Shown here piece by piece: positions 50,485 to 59,989 of a DNA stretch of 64,000 bases. The notes beneath the pieces were generated by a model. It saw only the letters and a program-made list of their open reading frames with translations, had not been told where the DNA came from and ran no database searches. The number at the start of each line of letters is the position of its first letter. The first letter of the stretch is position 1. This DNA is from an uncultured Bacillota bacterium (GTDB lineage Bacteria; Sysuimicrobiota; Sysuimicrobiia; Sysuimicrobiales; Segetimicrobiaceae): contig CAWDRG010000019.1 of NCBI GenBank assembly GCA_963804645.1, positions 64,001-128,000 on the forward strand. Reading direction: 5' to 3'. The position numbers and the translations under genes were made by a program.

Positions 50485-51690
50485 TCAAGGCTTTTCTCGC
50501 TGCCTCGTGCCGTGGCGGGTAGCGACGAAGGCTCGGTAGTGTCCCTCCGCATCTTGTAAGACCTGCCGTTCTTCAGCCGGCGTCAACGTTTGCTCGTTGG
50601 TCTTGTCCGGCTTGCGTGGACGGCCCCGTCGGCTGGGTGCGCCTGCGGTCAGCTCCACTCGACGTAGCTTGTGCGCCGTAAGACTCGGAGGCGTCCATTT
50701 GTAGTCGGTCCTATCCGCGAGCAGGTGCCAGGCCACCACCGCTAGCTTGCGCGCCACGGCGACGATCGCGATGGCGCGCCCGCGGCGAGCGCGCACACGA
50801 TCGTAGAAGGCATGCAGAGGACCGGGCACACGGATTGCGGACTGGGCCGCTTCGACCAACAGCCCACGCGCATGCGCCTGTCCCTGTCGGCTGATGTGGC
50901 CTGTATGAGCGGGTCGCTCACCGGATTGGCGCACCCGTGGATCCAGGCCCAAATAGCCGACCAACTGCGTCGGCCGCTGAAACCGTGCGACGTCTCCGAT
51001 GACAGCGAGGAGAGCGACCGACGTGATCAACCCCACACCAGGGATCGTCATCAATCGCGTCGCCTGCGGATCCGCGAGAGCGGCCTGCGCGATCCGTTGT
51101 TCGGCTAACTTGATCTCCGCGTCGACGGCGGTGAGCAGGCGGAGCGCACTATCGACTTGGTCCTTCTCTTCGCGCGGAAGCGGCACACTCGCGAGCCAGC
51201 GACAGCCGGCCTTCCCGAACAGGTCCGTGAAGGAGTGTCCAATGAGATTGCGGTGCAGCACCCCGTGAATCCGATTCCGAAGACGCGTCCGCTGCTGAAC
51301 CAGCGACTGATGATGGGCGACCTGATGGCGGAGCGCTCGTGTCACCGGATCTGGTGTCCACACAGGCGGGATAAAATCCGCCGCGAGCAATTGTGCCAAA
51401 ATTGCGCTGTCCACTCGGTCAGTCTTGACCTTGGCACTCGCGATGGCCCGCGTGCGCATTGGATTGGACACAATGACTTCACCGGCATGCTCACTCAGCA
51501 ATTCGGCGATCGCCCATGTATTCACGCTCGCCTCGAGGACGACGCGATCCGTCGAGTGCAGCGTGCGCGCAAAAGCTCGCAATGCGGCGGGCGTCGTCTC
51601 AATGCGTTGCCGTTGCTGAACCTTGCGTCCGTGTTCAAGTACGGCGACTTCAGCAAAGCGTTTGTGGACGTCCAGCCCTATCGATCGCAT
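50485..51690 (-). CDS. IS110 recombinase #2 (intact)
   Basis: IGLDVHK, VLEAS, KTDRVDS, TIPGVG, RQSG, VAVARKL. Confidence 0.92.
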   Translation of the reverse strand: MRSIGLDVHKRFAEVAVLEHGRKVQQRQRIETTPAALRAFARTLHSTDRVVLEASVNTWAIAELLSEHAGEVIVSNPMRTRAIASAKVKTDRVDSAILAQLLAADFIPPVWTPDPVTRALRHQVAHHQSLVQQRTRLRNRIHGVLHRNLIGHSFTDLFGKAGCRWLASVPLPREEKDQVDSALRLLTAVDAEIKLAEQRIAQAALADPQATRLMTIPGVGLITSVALLAVIGDVARFQRPTQLVGYLGLDPRVRQSGERPAHTGHISRQGQAHARGLLVEAAQSAIRVPGPLHAFYDRVRARRGRAIAIVAVARKLAVVAWHLLADRTDYKWTPPSLTAHKLRRVELTAGAPSRRGRPRKPDKTNEQTLTPAEERQVLQDAEGHYRAFVATRHGTRQREKP

Positions 51691-51699
51691 GCAGACCCC

Positions 51700-51860
51700 C
51701 TTGGGACCCAGCCGGGCACCACAACACCTACGCATCCGCGCTCGCAGCGCAACCGGGTCAGTCGCAGGGGCGGCCAGATATCAGATCGGACTCGTGGTCC
51801 ATATTCGCGACGGCCTGCCCGTTGCTGGTGGTCCCTTGTGCCCCATGGCCCGGCTCCGCT
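51700..51860 (-). ncRNA. Putative bridge RNA of IS110 #2 (5' non-coding region)
   Basis: Minus strand: GGCCG-TCGCGAATAT-GGAC(CACGA)GTCC-GATCTGATATC-TGGCC target loop; a second loop around GCGC(TGCGA)GCGC carries ATGCGTA, matching the element end. Boundaries are approximate. Confidence 0.7.
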
Positions 51861-52206
51861 ACGATAAGTCGGAACCGGGTGGGACACCTCTTTCATAACC
51901 GATATCAGAGTGATTCACCGTCGCGAACGCTTCGCTTCCAGGACCCGAATACGCCGTCCATCCTCTGGGACGACGGAGGGCCGTTCGTGGCTTGACCTAC
52001 ACGGTACTTGACAGGCTCGTTCATATCAGACCTCGGGCGCGAGGCTCCGGTGGAGGAGGTCGCGGCCGATCCGCGAATCGTGATCCACGCACCGGGACGG
52101 TTCGTGGATCACGGAACCACGACATGCACGTATGCGCGCGGGCGGGGATCGCCGTTGTCGCCGCACGCCGCCCACCCCGATACCCCAGTTCCCTGGAGGC
52201 GCCGCC

Positions 52207-53028
52207 ATGAACGTGTTTGCCAGTCCGGAGATGATCCGATCGCTCACGCCGCTCAGCCGCTTCGACCGGTCACCCGACGGCCGGCCGCGGGTGCCGGACG
52301 ACGTGCTGGGACGCATCGCGCAGTCGTCGATCGAGCAGGCTTGGAAGACCCTCGGTCTGGCCGGGTACGATCACCAATTCGAGGGCAACTGGCTCCAAAC
52401 GCATCCCGGCCGCGTGCTGGTGGGCCGGGCGGTGACGGCCGTGTTCATGCCGTTCCGGCCGGATCTCGACGACGTGGTCATCGCGGGATCGGGCAAGCCC
52501 GCGGGGGAGCGCAAGGGGGGCGCCGGCCAAAACTCGTGGGTCATCGACAGCCTGCTTCCCGGCGACGTGCTCGTGGCAGACTTGTACGGCAAGATCGAGA
52601 ACGGGACGCTCGTCGGCGACAACCTCTCGACGACGCTCAGCCGACGGACGGGGGCCGGGGCTGTGATTGAGGGAGGCATTCGGGACTATGAGGGCGTGAA
52701 GCAGATCCCGTCCCTGCAGATCTTCTGCCGGGGCCTGCATCCGACCGCGATCCGCGAGATGTCGCTCGTCGGGGTCAACATCCCGGTGCGCATCGGCGGC
52801 GTGACGGTGCTGCCGGGCGACGTGGTGCTCGGCAAGGAGACGGGGGTGATCTTCATTCCGCCCCATCTCGCCGAGGACGTGGCCACGCGCGCGGAGGACA
52901 TCCGGCTGCGCGACATCTTCAGCAAGCAGCGGCTGGCCGAGGGGCGGTACACGGCATTCGCGATCGACAAGGACTGGACTCAGGACATCGAGGACGATTT
53001 TCGGAACTGGAAGACCGCGCGCGGGTAG
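52207..53028 (+). CDS. RraA-family (HMG/CHA aldolase-like) protein
   Basis: LVGRAVTA, GDNL, GGIRD, GVTVLPGDVVLG...GVIFIP. Confidence 0.85.
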   Translation: MNVFASPEMIRSLTPLSRFDRSPDGRPRVPDDVLGRIAQSSIEQAWKTLGLAGYDHQFEGNWLQTHPGRVLVGRAVTAVFMPFRPDLDDVVIAGSGKPAGERKGGAGQNSWVIDSLLPGDVLVADLYGKIENGTLVGDNLSTTLSRRTGAGAVIEGGIRDYEGVKQIPSLQIFCRGLHPTAIREMSLVGVNIPVRIGGVTVLPGDVVLGKETGVIFIPPHLAEDVATRAEDIRLRDIFSKQRLAEGRYTAFAIDKDWTQDIEDDFRNWKTARG

Positions 53029-53121
53029 GACCGCGCACGTCGGCGCCACCCGCGCGGCGAGGGTGGGAGAGGCGCAGCCCCCGTCGGACACGCGGCCGGT
53101 CTGAGCGCGCGCCGCCGCGGC

Positions 53122-53979
53122 TTACCCCTCGGGGGTCCCGATGATCCGTGCGATGTCAGACGCGAAGCGCGTCTGGCTGTCATCCTCGGGCGCGTACCCG
53201 AGGACGCGCCGCGCGCTGGCCAGGCTCCAGAAGCGGTGGGTGTTGCCGCTGATCCCGTAGGCGATCAAGAACGGGACGTCGTGGACGTCCGCGATATTCT
53301 CCGTCTCTACCATGCGAATGACCTCTTGGACCTGGTCCCTCTTGGACAGGTACGCGCCGAGCGCGCGGTGCATGCGTTTGAGATCGCCGGGCGGCACCTG
53401 GGGTAGATCGGTGTCGCGCGGCGCGCCGATCCGCCAGGCCACGACCTCCAGCGGACGCCCGTCGACCCGGCCGGTCGCGAACACGAAGCCGAGGAGCTCG
53501 TAGGCGGCTTTGGACCAACCGTACCAGTTGTCCGAGCGGGGCAGCATCTCCGGCGTGACCATCTCCAGTTGCTCGGCCCAGATCAGCGGCTCGTAATAGT
53601 CCGCCGCGTGATTGGAACTCGTGAGGACGACCCGCCGCACGTTCTCCTCGAGCGCGGTGCGGCAGACGTTGTATGCGATCGCCACGTTCTCGTATTCCGC
53701 CCAGAACTTCGTGTCGTCAGTGTCGTGCGCCCGCGCGGCCGCCGACGGCCGGATGAACGCGCAGTGGACCACCGCGTCGGCGCCGCGGAAGAGCGCGCGG
53801 TACGCGTTGCGGTCGCGCTGCGTCAGGTCCGCCAGCACGACACCCGGCACCGGCACGCCGTTCCGGTCCGTCGCCCGCACGTCGATCGGCACGAGGTCCC
53901 ACCGATCACGGAGTTCGGGAAACATGCGCTGCGCCACGTACCCGGTGGCTCCCGTGAGGACGACCCGCCGCTTCGGCAT
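53122..53979 (-). CDS. NAD-dependent epimerase/dehydratase (uronate dehydrogenase-like SDR)
   Basis: LTGATGYVA, SSNHA, YGWSK, RIG, LGYAPEDD. Confidence 0.85.
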   Translation of the reverse strand: MPKRRVVLTGATGYVAQRMFPELRDRWDLVPIDVRATDRNGVPVPGVVLADLTQRDRNAYRALFRGADAVVHCAFIRPSAAARAHDTDDTKFWAEYENVAIAYNVCRTALEENVRRVVLTSSNHAADYYEPLIWAEQLEMVTPEMLPRSDNWYGWSKAAYELLGFVFATGRVDGRPLEVVAWRIGAPRDTDLPQVPPGDLKRMHRALGAYLSKRDQVQEVIRMVETENIADVHDVPFLIAYGISGNTHRFWSLASARRVLGYAPEDDSQTRFASDIARIIGTPEG

Positions 53980-54083
53980 CGAGGGACCTCCTGTGCCCGC
54001 GCTGGCCCGGCCGCGGTCGCACACGCCGGTGAGGTGCTTCGCGATGCGCCGTCGTGAGTTCCTCGGTGGGCGCCCGTGTTTCA

Positions 54084-55505
54084 CGTGTCAAGTCATTAAA
54101 GAACCTTACCGGAGAGGGTATCGTCAGGTCATTTAAGTTCTTACCGCGGAACCGGCGGTGGCGCGACGATCCTGTCGCTTGGCAAACAACCAGTCGTTGT
54201 TCCAGTGGTGCGCGCGCGGCTGGAACCGCGCGTCGACCGGGCTGGCCTCTGGGGTGCTGGCGCGGGGACTGTGACGCCGGTTGGCCAGCTGATAGATGCG
54301 CTCGAGCTTGCGATCGATGGCGGCCCCCAAGGCGAAGGGATCGATCTTGGCCCGCAGGCGCGCTAAGGTCCGGAGTTGTCGCGGATCGCCCTGTTTGGAG
54401 GCGAGGAGCCGATCCACGGGCGTTTGCGCGCGATCGTAGGTCCGGTGGACCTTGGCGCCGACCCGCGTCTTGCCGACCAGCTTGACCGACGGCTGAAAGA
54501 GGTTCATCATCAGGCGCAGTTCGTGGCGGTAGAGGTCGTTGATCGCCGTGAGCGCCTCGGCGGAGTCGTAGCGGTCCCAGCCCAACAGCTTGCGCACGTG
54601 GGTCCAGTTTTTCTGCTCCACGTGGGCGTTGTCGTTTTTCTTGTAGGGCCGGCTGCGGGTGAACTCGATCTTCGACCCTCGGCAATACTCCCACAACACC
54701 GTGTTGATGAACTCCGAGCCATTGTCGGAATCGAGGCCGCGGAGCGCAAAGGGCAGCGCCGCCCGCAGCTCCGCGAGCGCCCGCTGCACGCCGCGCTGCG
54801 TCTTGCTCAGGAGGGCCCGAGACTCCACCCACCCCGTCTGGATGTCCGTCAGGTTGAGCGATTGGAGGAAGTCCCCCACGGCCGAGTTGCCGGAATGGGA
54901 GACCAAGTCGACTTCCACGAAGCCGGGGGCCGTGACGTCCCAGTGCTCGGTGCGGACGGGGATATGGCTCTTGAGCAACGTGCCAGGCTTGGTGCGGCCG
55001 TAGAGCCGACGGCGGATCTGGCGCTTCCGACTGCGCAGGCGCCGGTCGATCGTACTGGGACTCATCTTGGGGAGCGCACGCAGCACCGCCCGCGGGATGG
55101 TGAAATGACGGCGGGCCCAGGGCAACCAGAGCGGCAGCAGCGCCTGGAGCCGTGCGGACCAGGGGTATCCCGCGGCCTCCCAAATCGCCGCGAGCACGGT
55201 GACCGTCTGCTCGGCATAGACGGGCTGCCGACGGCGTGGGGGGGCCGGTGTGGGCAACGGGCCGTTTAGCACCGTGATCGCGTATTTGCGATGGTACCCG
55301 GTCGTGGCACAGAATTCGTCCAGGATCGCGCGCCGGTGTTTGCGCGGCGCAAGCGTGTAGCGTGGGCGAACGGCGCGGACGTATTCGCGACGAGCGGCAG
55401 GGGTCACCGGGGCCTCCGGGGCGATAGACTGGGACGGCGCGCCCGGTAAGATCCTTCGTGATTTGACGATGCGGCTCATAGTAAGATTTTAGGTGAGTTG
55501 ATTCG
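54084..55505 (-). mobile_element. 1422-bp DDE insertion sequence, copy 2
   Basis: Inverted near-identical copy of 7090-8511; TTTCA duplicated at 54079-54083 and 55506-55510. Confidence 0.92.
54133..55407 (-). CDS. DDE transposase (copy 2)
   Basis: Same protein as 7188-8462 except PEARP vs PEASP. Confidence 0.9.
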   Translation of the reverse strand: MTPAARREYVRAVRPRYTLAPRKHRRAILDEFCATTGYHRKYAITVLNGPLPTPAPPRRRQPVYAEQTVTVLAAIWEAAGYPWSARLQALLPLWLPWARRHFTIPRAVLRALPKMSPSTIDRRLRSRKRQIRRRLYGRTKPGTLLKSHIPVRTEHWDVTAPGFVEVDLVSHSGNSAVGDFLQSLNLTDIQTGWVESRALLSKTQRGVQRALAELRAALPFALRGLDSDNGSEFINTVLWEYCRGSKIEFTRSRPYKKNDNAHVEQKNWTHVRKLLGWDRYDSAEALTAINDLYRHELRLMMNLFQPSVKLVGKTRVGAKVHRTYDRAQTPVDRLLASKQGDPRQLRTLARLRAKIDPFALGAAIDRKLERIYQLANRRHSPRASTPEASPVDARFQPRAHHWNNDWLFAKRQDRRATAGSAVRT

Positions 55506-55510
55506 TTTCA

Positions 55511-55540
55511 TTGACAGGGGGACGCGTCGGATTGTAAGGT
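55511..55540 (+). promoter_or_regulatory. sigma70-type promoter of tRNA-His (IS target site 2)
   Basis: TTGACA-18 bp-TAAGGT, 13 nt upstream of the tRNA. Confidence 0.8.
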
Positions 55541-55553
55541 GGGGTATGCACGC

Positions 55554-55629
55554 GGTGGCCGTAGCTCAAGGGCAGAGCACCAGACTGTGGCTCTGGGGGT
55601 TGCGGGTTCAAGTCCCGTCGGCCACCCCA
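55554..55629 (+). tRNA. tRNA-His(GUG)
   Basis: G-1, acceptor GTGGCCG/CGGCCAC, C discriminator, encoded CCA, anticodon arm CCAGA-CTGTGGC-TCTGG, TTCAAGT T-loop. Confidence 0.97.
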
Positions 55630-55726
55630 CGTCTCCGCCTGATGCCCGTGCCCGTGGTGGCGGGCCCCGAGTCCGAGGACCTGCGCGTCGTCGCCGATCG
55701 ACACCTGCACCCCGGGAGGCGATCCC

Positions 55727-55939
55727 ATGCGTGAGGAAGAGCAACCGGTCGTGATGACCGGGATCGACGTGCAGTTCGACGCGGCCGGCGGCCGCTGGGT
55801 CGCGGCCTGCGACGACCCGGGCGGCGACGCGCGTCTCGTCGTCGCCGCCGAGACGAGAGCGCGCGCGGAACGGCTGCTCGACGAGCGGTGGCGCGCCCGG
55901 CTGGAGGGGCTCGACCGGGAGGCTGAGGAAGAGCGCTAG
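55727..55939 (+). CDS. Small hypothetical protein
   Basis: 70 aa, GGAGG RBS, fills the gap between tRNA and MBL gene. Confidence 0.5.
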   Translation: MREEEQPVVMTGIDVQFDAAGGRWVAACDDPGGDARLVVAAETRARAERLLDERWRARLEGLDREAEEER

Positions 55940-55997
55940 GCGGTCGGCCGGTCGGGAGGGCTGACCCGCGCGCGGTGCGAACTTCTCCGGAGTCGCC

Positions 55998-56789
55998 ATG
56001 TCCGTCGCCCACTCACGCCCGCCGGCAGACCTCGAGACCCTCGTCGCGCCCAACGCGTCCCCGTACACCCTGGACGGGACGAACACGTATCTGCTCGGTG
56101 GGCCAGACATCGTGGTCATTGACCCAGGTCCCGACGACGCCGGACATGTGTCCCGCATCCTCGCTCACGCCGCGGGGCGGCGCGGCCGGGTCTCGCTGAT
56201 TCTGGTGACCCACGGACACGAGGACCATGAGGGAGCCGCGCGGTCGCTCGCCGAGGCGAGCGGGGCGCCGGTCGGCCGATGGCACGGGGGGGACCGACCG
56301 CTCGATGATGGGCCGGTCATTGGGGAGGGCCCGGTGCGTCTCCGCGTTCTGCACACGCCCGGGCACGCGCCCGATCATGTCGCGCTGCTGTGGGAAGAGC
56401 GGCGCACGCTGTTTTCGGGCGATCTCGTGCTCGGACGGGGGACGGTCACGGTGTCGCCGCCCGAGGGGTCGATGGACGACTATCTGCGGTCGCTCGCGCG
56501 CGTTGCGTCGCTCGATCTTGCGGCGATCGCGCCGGGACACGGACCCATGATCGAAGATCCCGCGCCCCGTGTGGCCGAATACCTGGCGCACCGCCGGTTG
56601 CGGGAGCGGCAGGTGCTGGAGGCGGTGGCCGCCGGGCCGCGGACGCCCGGGGAGATCTCGGCGCTGCTGTACCCGGATCTCGACCCGCGGCTGCACCCTG
56701 CGGCAGAGGGGAACGTACTCGCGCACCTGCTGAAACTCCTCGGCGAGGGACGTGTCGAGCGCGCGGGGAATCGCTACTACACGCCCTGA
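55998..56789 (+). CDS. MBL-fold hydrolase (LACTB2-like, C-terminal winged helix)
   Basis: APN.SPYTLDGTNTY, THGHEDH, HTPGH, FSGD, PGHG. Confidence 0.9.
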   Translation: MSVAHSRPPADLETLVAPNASPYTLDGTNTYLLGGPDIVVIDPGPDDAGHVSRILAHAAGRRGRVSLILVTHGHEDHEGAARSLAEASGAPVGRWHGGDRPLDDGPVIGEGPVRLRVLHTPGHAPDHVALLWEERRTLFSGDLVLGRGTVTVSPPEGSMDDYLRSLARVASLDLAAIAPGHGPMIEDPAPRVAEYLAHRRLRERQVLEAVAAGPRTPGEISALLYPDLDPRLHPAAEGNVLAHLLKLLGEGRVERAGNRYYTP

Positions 56790-56825
56790 CGGCGGGACGG
56801 GCGGACGCGAGGGGAGTGGATAGTG

Positions 56826-57038
56826 ATGGCGGTGCCGGTGACAGTCGAGCATGCGGTACATGATCGGAACGGGGGAGACGTGGTCGTCGGGAGCAAGGTC
56901 CGGATCGACGGGCAGCCCGACCCGGTCGAGGTGCACGAGATCGACCCTCGCTACGGCACGCTCGTGGTGTTGGTGCCGGGCCGGGCGGGGCAGCACATGG
57001 GATTGATGCTGCACGCATCAGACGTCGTCCTGGCCTGA
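56826..57038 (+). CDS. Small hypothetical protein (possibly an SH3/KOW-like barrel)
   Basis: DRNGGDVVVGSKVRI; RBS GGAG. Confidence 0.55.
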   Translation: MAVPVTVEHAVHDRNGGDVVVGSKVRIDGQPDPVEVHEIDPRYGTLVVLVPGRAGQHMGLMLHASDVVLA

Positions 57039-57050
57039 CGAGGTTGCCTC

Positions 57051-57087
57051 AAAGCAGTCGGCGGGGGCTTCCGCCCCCGCCGACTGC
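57051..57087 (-). terminator. groEL terminator (possibly bidirectional)
   Basis: Perfect 15-bp stem GCAGTCGGCGGGGGC-TTCC-GCCCCCGCCGACTGC with TTT following on the minus strand. Confidence 0.8.
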
Positions 57088-57107
57088 GCCGAACCGGATC
57101 GTGCGTC

Positions 57108-58835
<1,728 letters not shown>

Positions 58836-59034
58836 TGGGGAATGAACGGCATCGCGGAGGCTCGGGGCCGATTTGACGGGTTTATCCCACTATCGCTCAG
58901 TATTTCTCTCGATATCTCTCGCGATCTGAATGGGACGACATCAGCCTTGGCGGGTAAGGCGGACGCATGGTGGGGGAGTTCCGCGCCTGGGTGTCAAACT
59001 TCAATGCCGGAGCGTCGAGAGGGAGGAATTGGGA

Positions 59035-59730
59035 GTGGCCTCGTGGGGGCGTGCCACCGCGGCGTTGTTGTGCCTCGCGGGCTTTCTCCTGGTCTTGCAG
59101 GTGCGGGCATACCGGGAGCTGAGCGCGGGTATTGAACTGCCGTCTCGGCGCCTGGAAGATCTCCTCGTGCTGATTCGGCGCCAGCAGGACTCGGACCGGG
59201 CGCTGCGCGACGAGGTCGCGTCGCTCGAGGCGAAGCAGCAGGAGATCCGAGCGACCGAGGCCGCGGGGCGCAGCCTCGCCGACGCGATGCGCCATGAGAT
59301 GGACGGGTACCGGCTGGCCCTGGGCATGACTGCGGTGGCCGGCCCGGCGATCTCCGTGACGCTCGCGGCAGACCCGAAACACGTCTCCGTGCCCCAAGCG
59401 CAGGACGTGGCGGCCATGGTCAACGAGCTCTGGGGAGCCGGGGCCGAGGCAGTATCGGTCAACGGGCTCAGGATGCTGGCGACCGATGGCGTCGTGTCGT
59501 CGGGGCGGGGCGTCCGGATCGCCGGGCGTCCCACGGGCGAGCCGTATGTGATCGTGGCGATCGGCGACCCCGCGGTCCTCGACGAGGCCTTGACGGTGCC
59601 CGGGGGTGCCGTCGACGGATTGCGCGGGGTCGGGCTCACGGTGACGCTGCGGCGGATTCCCCAGGCGGTGCTCCCGGCGTTCTCACGGACGGTCGAGTTT
59701 CACGTCGCCCGGCCGCTCCCCGGCCCCTGA
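59035..59730 (+). CDS. DUF881 domain protein
   Basis: TM plus coiled coil, LG...V.GP, VNELWGAGAEAVSVNG.R, PYVIVAIGDP. Confidence 0.88.
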   Translation: MASWGRATAALLCLAGFLLVLQVRAYRELSAGIELPSRRLEDLLVLIRRQQDSDRALRDEVASLEAKQQEIRATEAAGRSLADAMRHEMDGYRLALGMTAVAGPAISVTLAADPKHVSVPQAQDVAAMVNELWGAGAEAVSVNGLRMLATDGVVSSGRGVRIAGRPTGEPYVIVAIGDPAVLDEALTVPGGAVDGLRGVGLTVTLRRIPQAVLPAFSRTVEFHVARPLPGP

Positions 59731-59784
59731 TGGATCGCAGCGGGGCCGCAGCGGGTCGTACCGGCGGCGCTCTACCGGAGGGGG

Positions 59785-59941
59785 AAAATGATCGACGGCC
59801 GCCGCCCGGTGCGGGTTCCCGCCCTGGGCTGTCGCAGCCGTCGATGTCCCGTCCTGGAGAAGCTGCCCGCCTTGCGCCGGTGAGGCGTCAACGCTTGTCT
59901 GACTCGCCGGCGTCGCAGACCGCTCTTATCGAGACGGGTAC
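59785..59941 (-). ncRNA. Candidate structured small RNA
   Basis: Promoter at 59944-59973, two long adjacent hairpins (59846-59941 and 59791-59845), then TTTT. Confidence 0.5.
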
Positions 59942-59943
59942 AT

Positions 59944-59973
59944 AAACTACCACGTTCGTGAGTCGGTTGTCAA
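59944..59973 (-). promoter_or_regulatory. sigma70-type promoter (IS target site 3)
   Basis: Minus strand TTGACA-18 bp-TAGTTT with a TG extended -10. Confidence 0.7.
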
Positions 59974-59989
59974 GAGTCGAATCACGCCA

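Larger units (their letters stand above)
50473..51904 (-). mobile_element. IS110-family element #2, nested in the ncRNA of #1
   Basis: TA core at 50471-50472 and 51903-51904; sub-terminal IR ATGAAA/TTTCAT; joined ends give TTGACA-17-TATGAA on the minus strand. Confidence 0.85.
48829..52029 (+). mobile_element. IS110-family element #1 (IS1111-like, 3' non-coding region), interrupted twice
   Basis: Sub-terminal IRs ATGAACGAGCC (48834-48844) and GGCTCGTTCAT (52014-52024); core AG(A) at both junctions; joining the ends gives TTGACA-17-TAAGAT. Confidence 0.85.

Noticed and set aside
51866..51912. Peptide RNRVGHLFHNRYQS resembling a REP-associated tyrosine transposase motif
   Set aside because: It spans the left end of IS110 #2 and its junction, which are explained by the IR, core and guide matches; no other RAYT motifs are nearby.
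52080..52112. Hairpin GTGATCCACG...CGTGGATCAC upstream of the RraA-like gene as a riboswitch
   Set aside because: A single hairpin with no recognisable aptamer or U-tract; not enough evidence.
7090..55505. Composite transposon or inversion bounded by the two inverted IS copies
   Set aside because: Each copy has its own matching duplication (CCGAT; TGAAA), showing independent insertions with no exchange of flanks.
55554..55700. tRNA-His as an integration site for a genomic island
   Set aside because: I saw no duplicated tRNA 3' end and no tyrosine or serine integrase in the window.
59730..59945. 71-aa plus-strand ORF downstream of DUF881
   Set aside because: Low-complexity product; the region is better explained by a minus-strand structured RNA.
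59978..59989. CGAATCACGCCA as the left end of element A
   Set aside because: A's IR match to its right end begins at TGT 59990; the preceding bases are duplicated target taken from B's left end.
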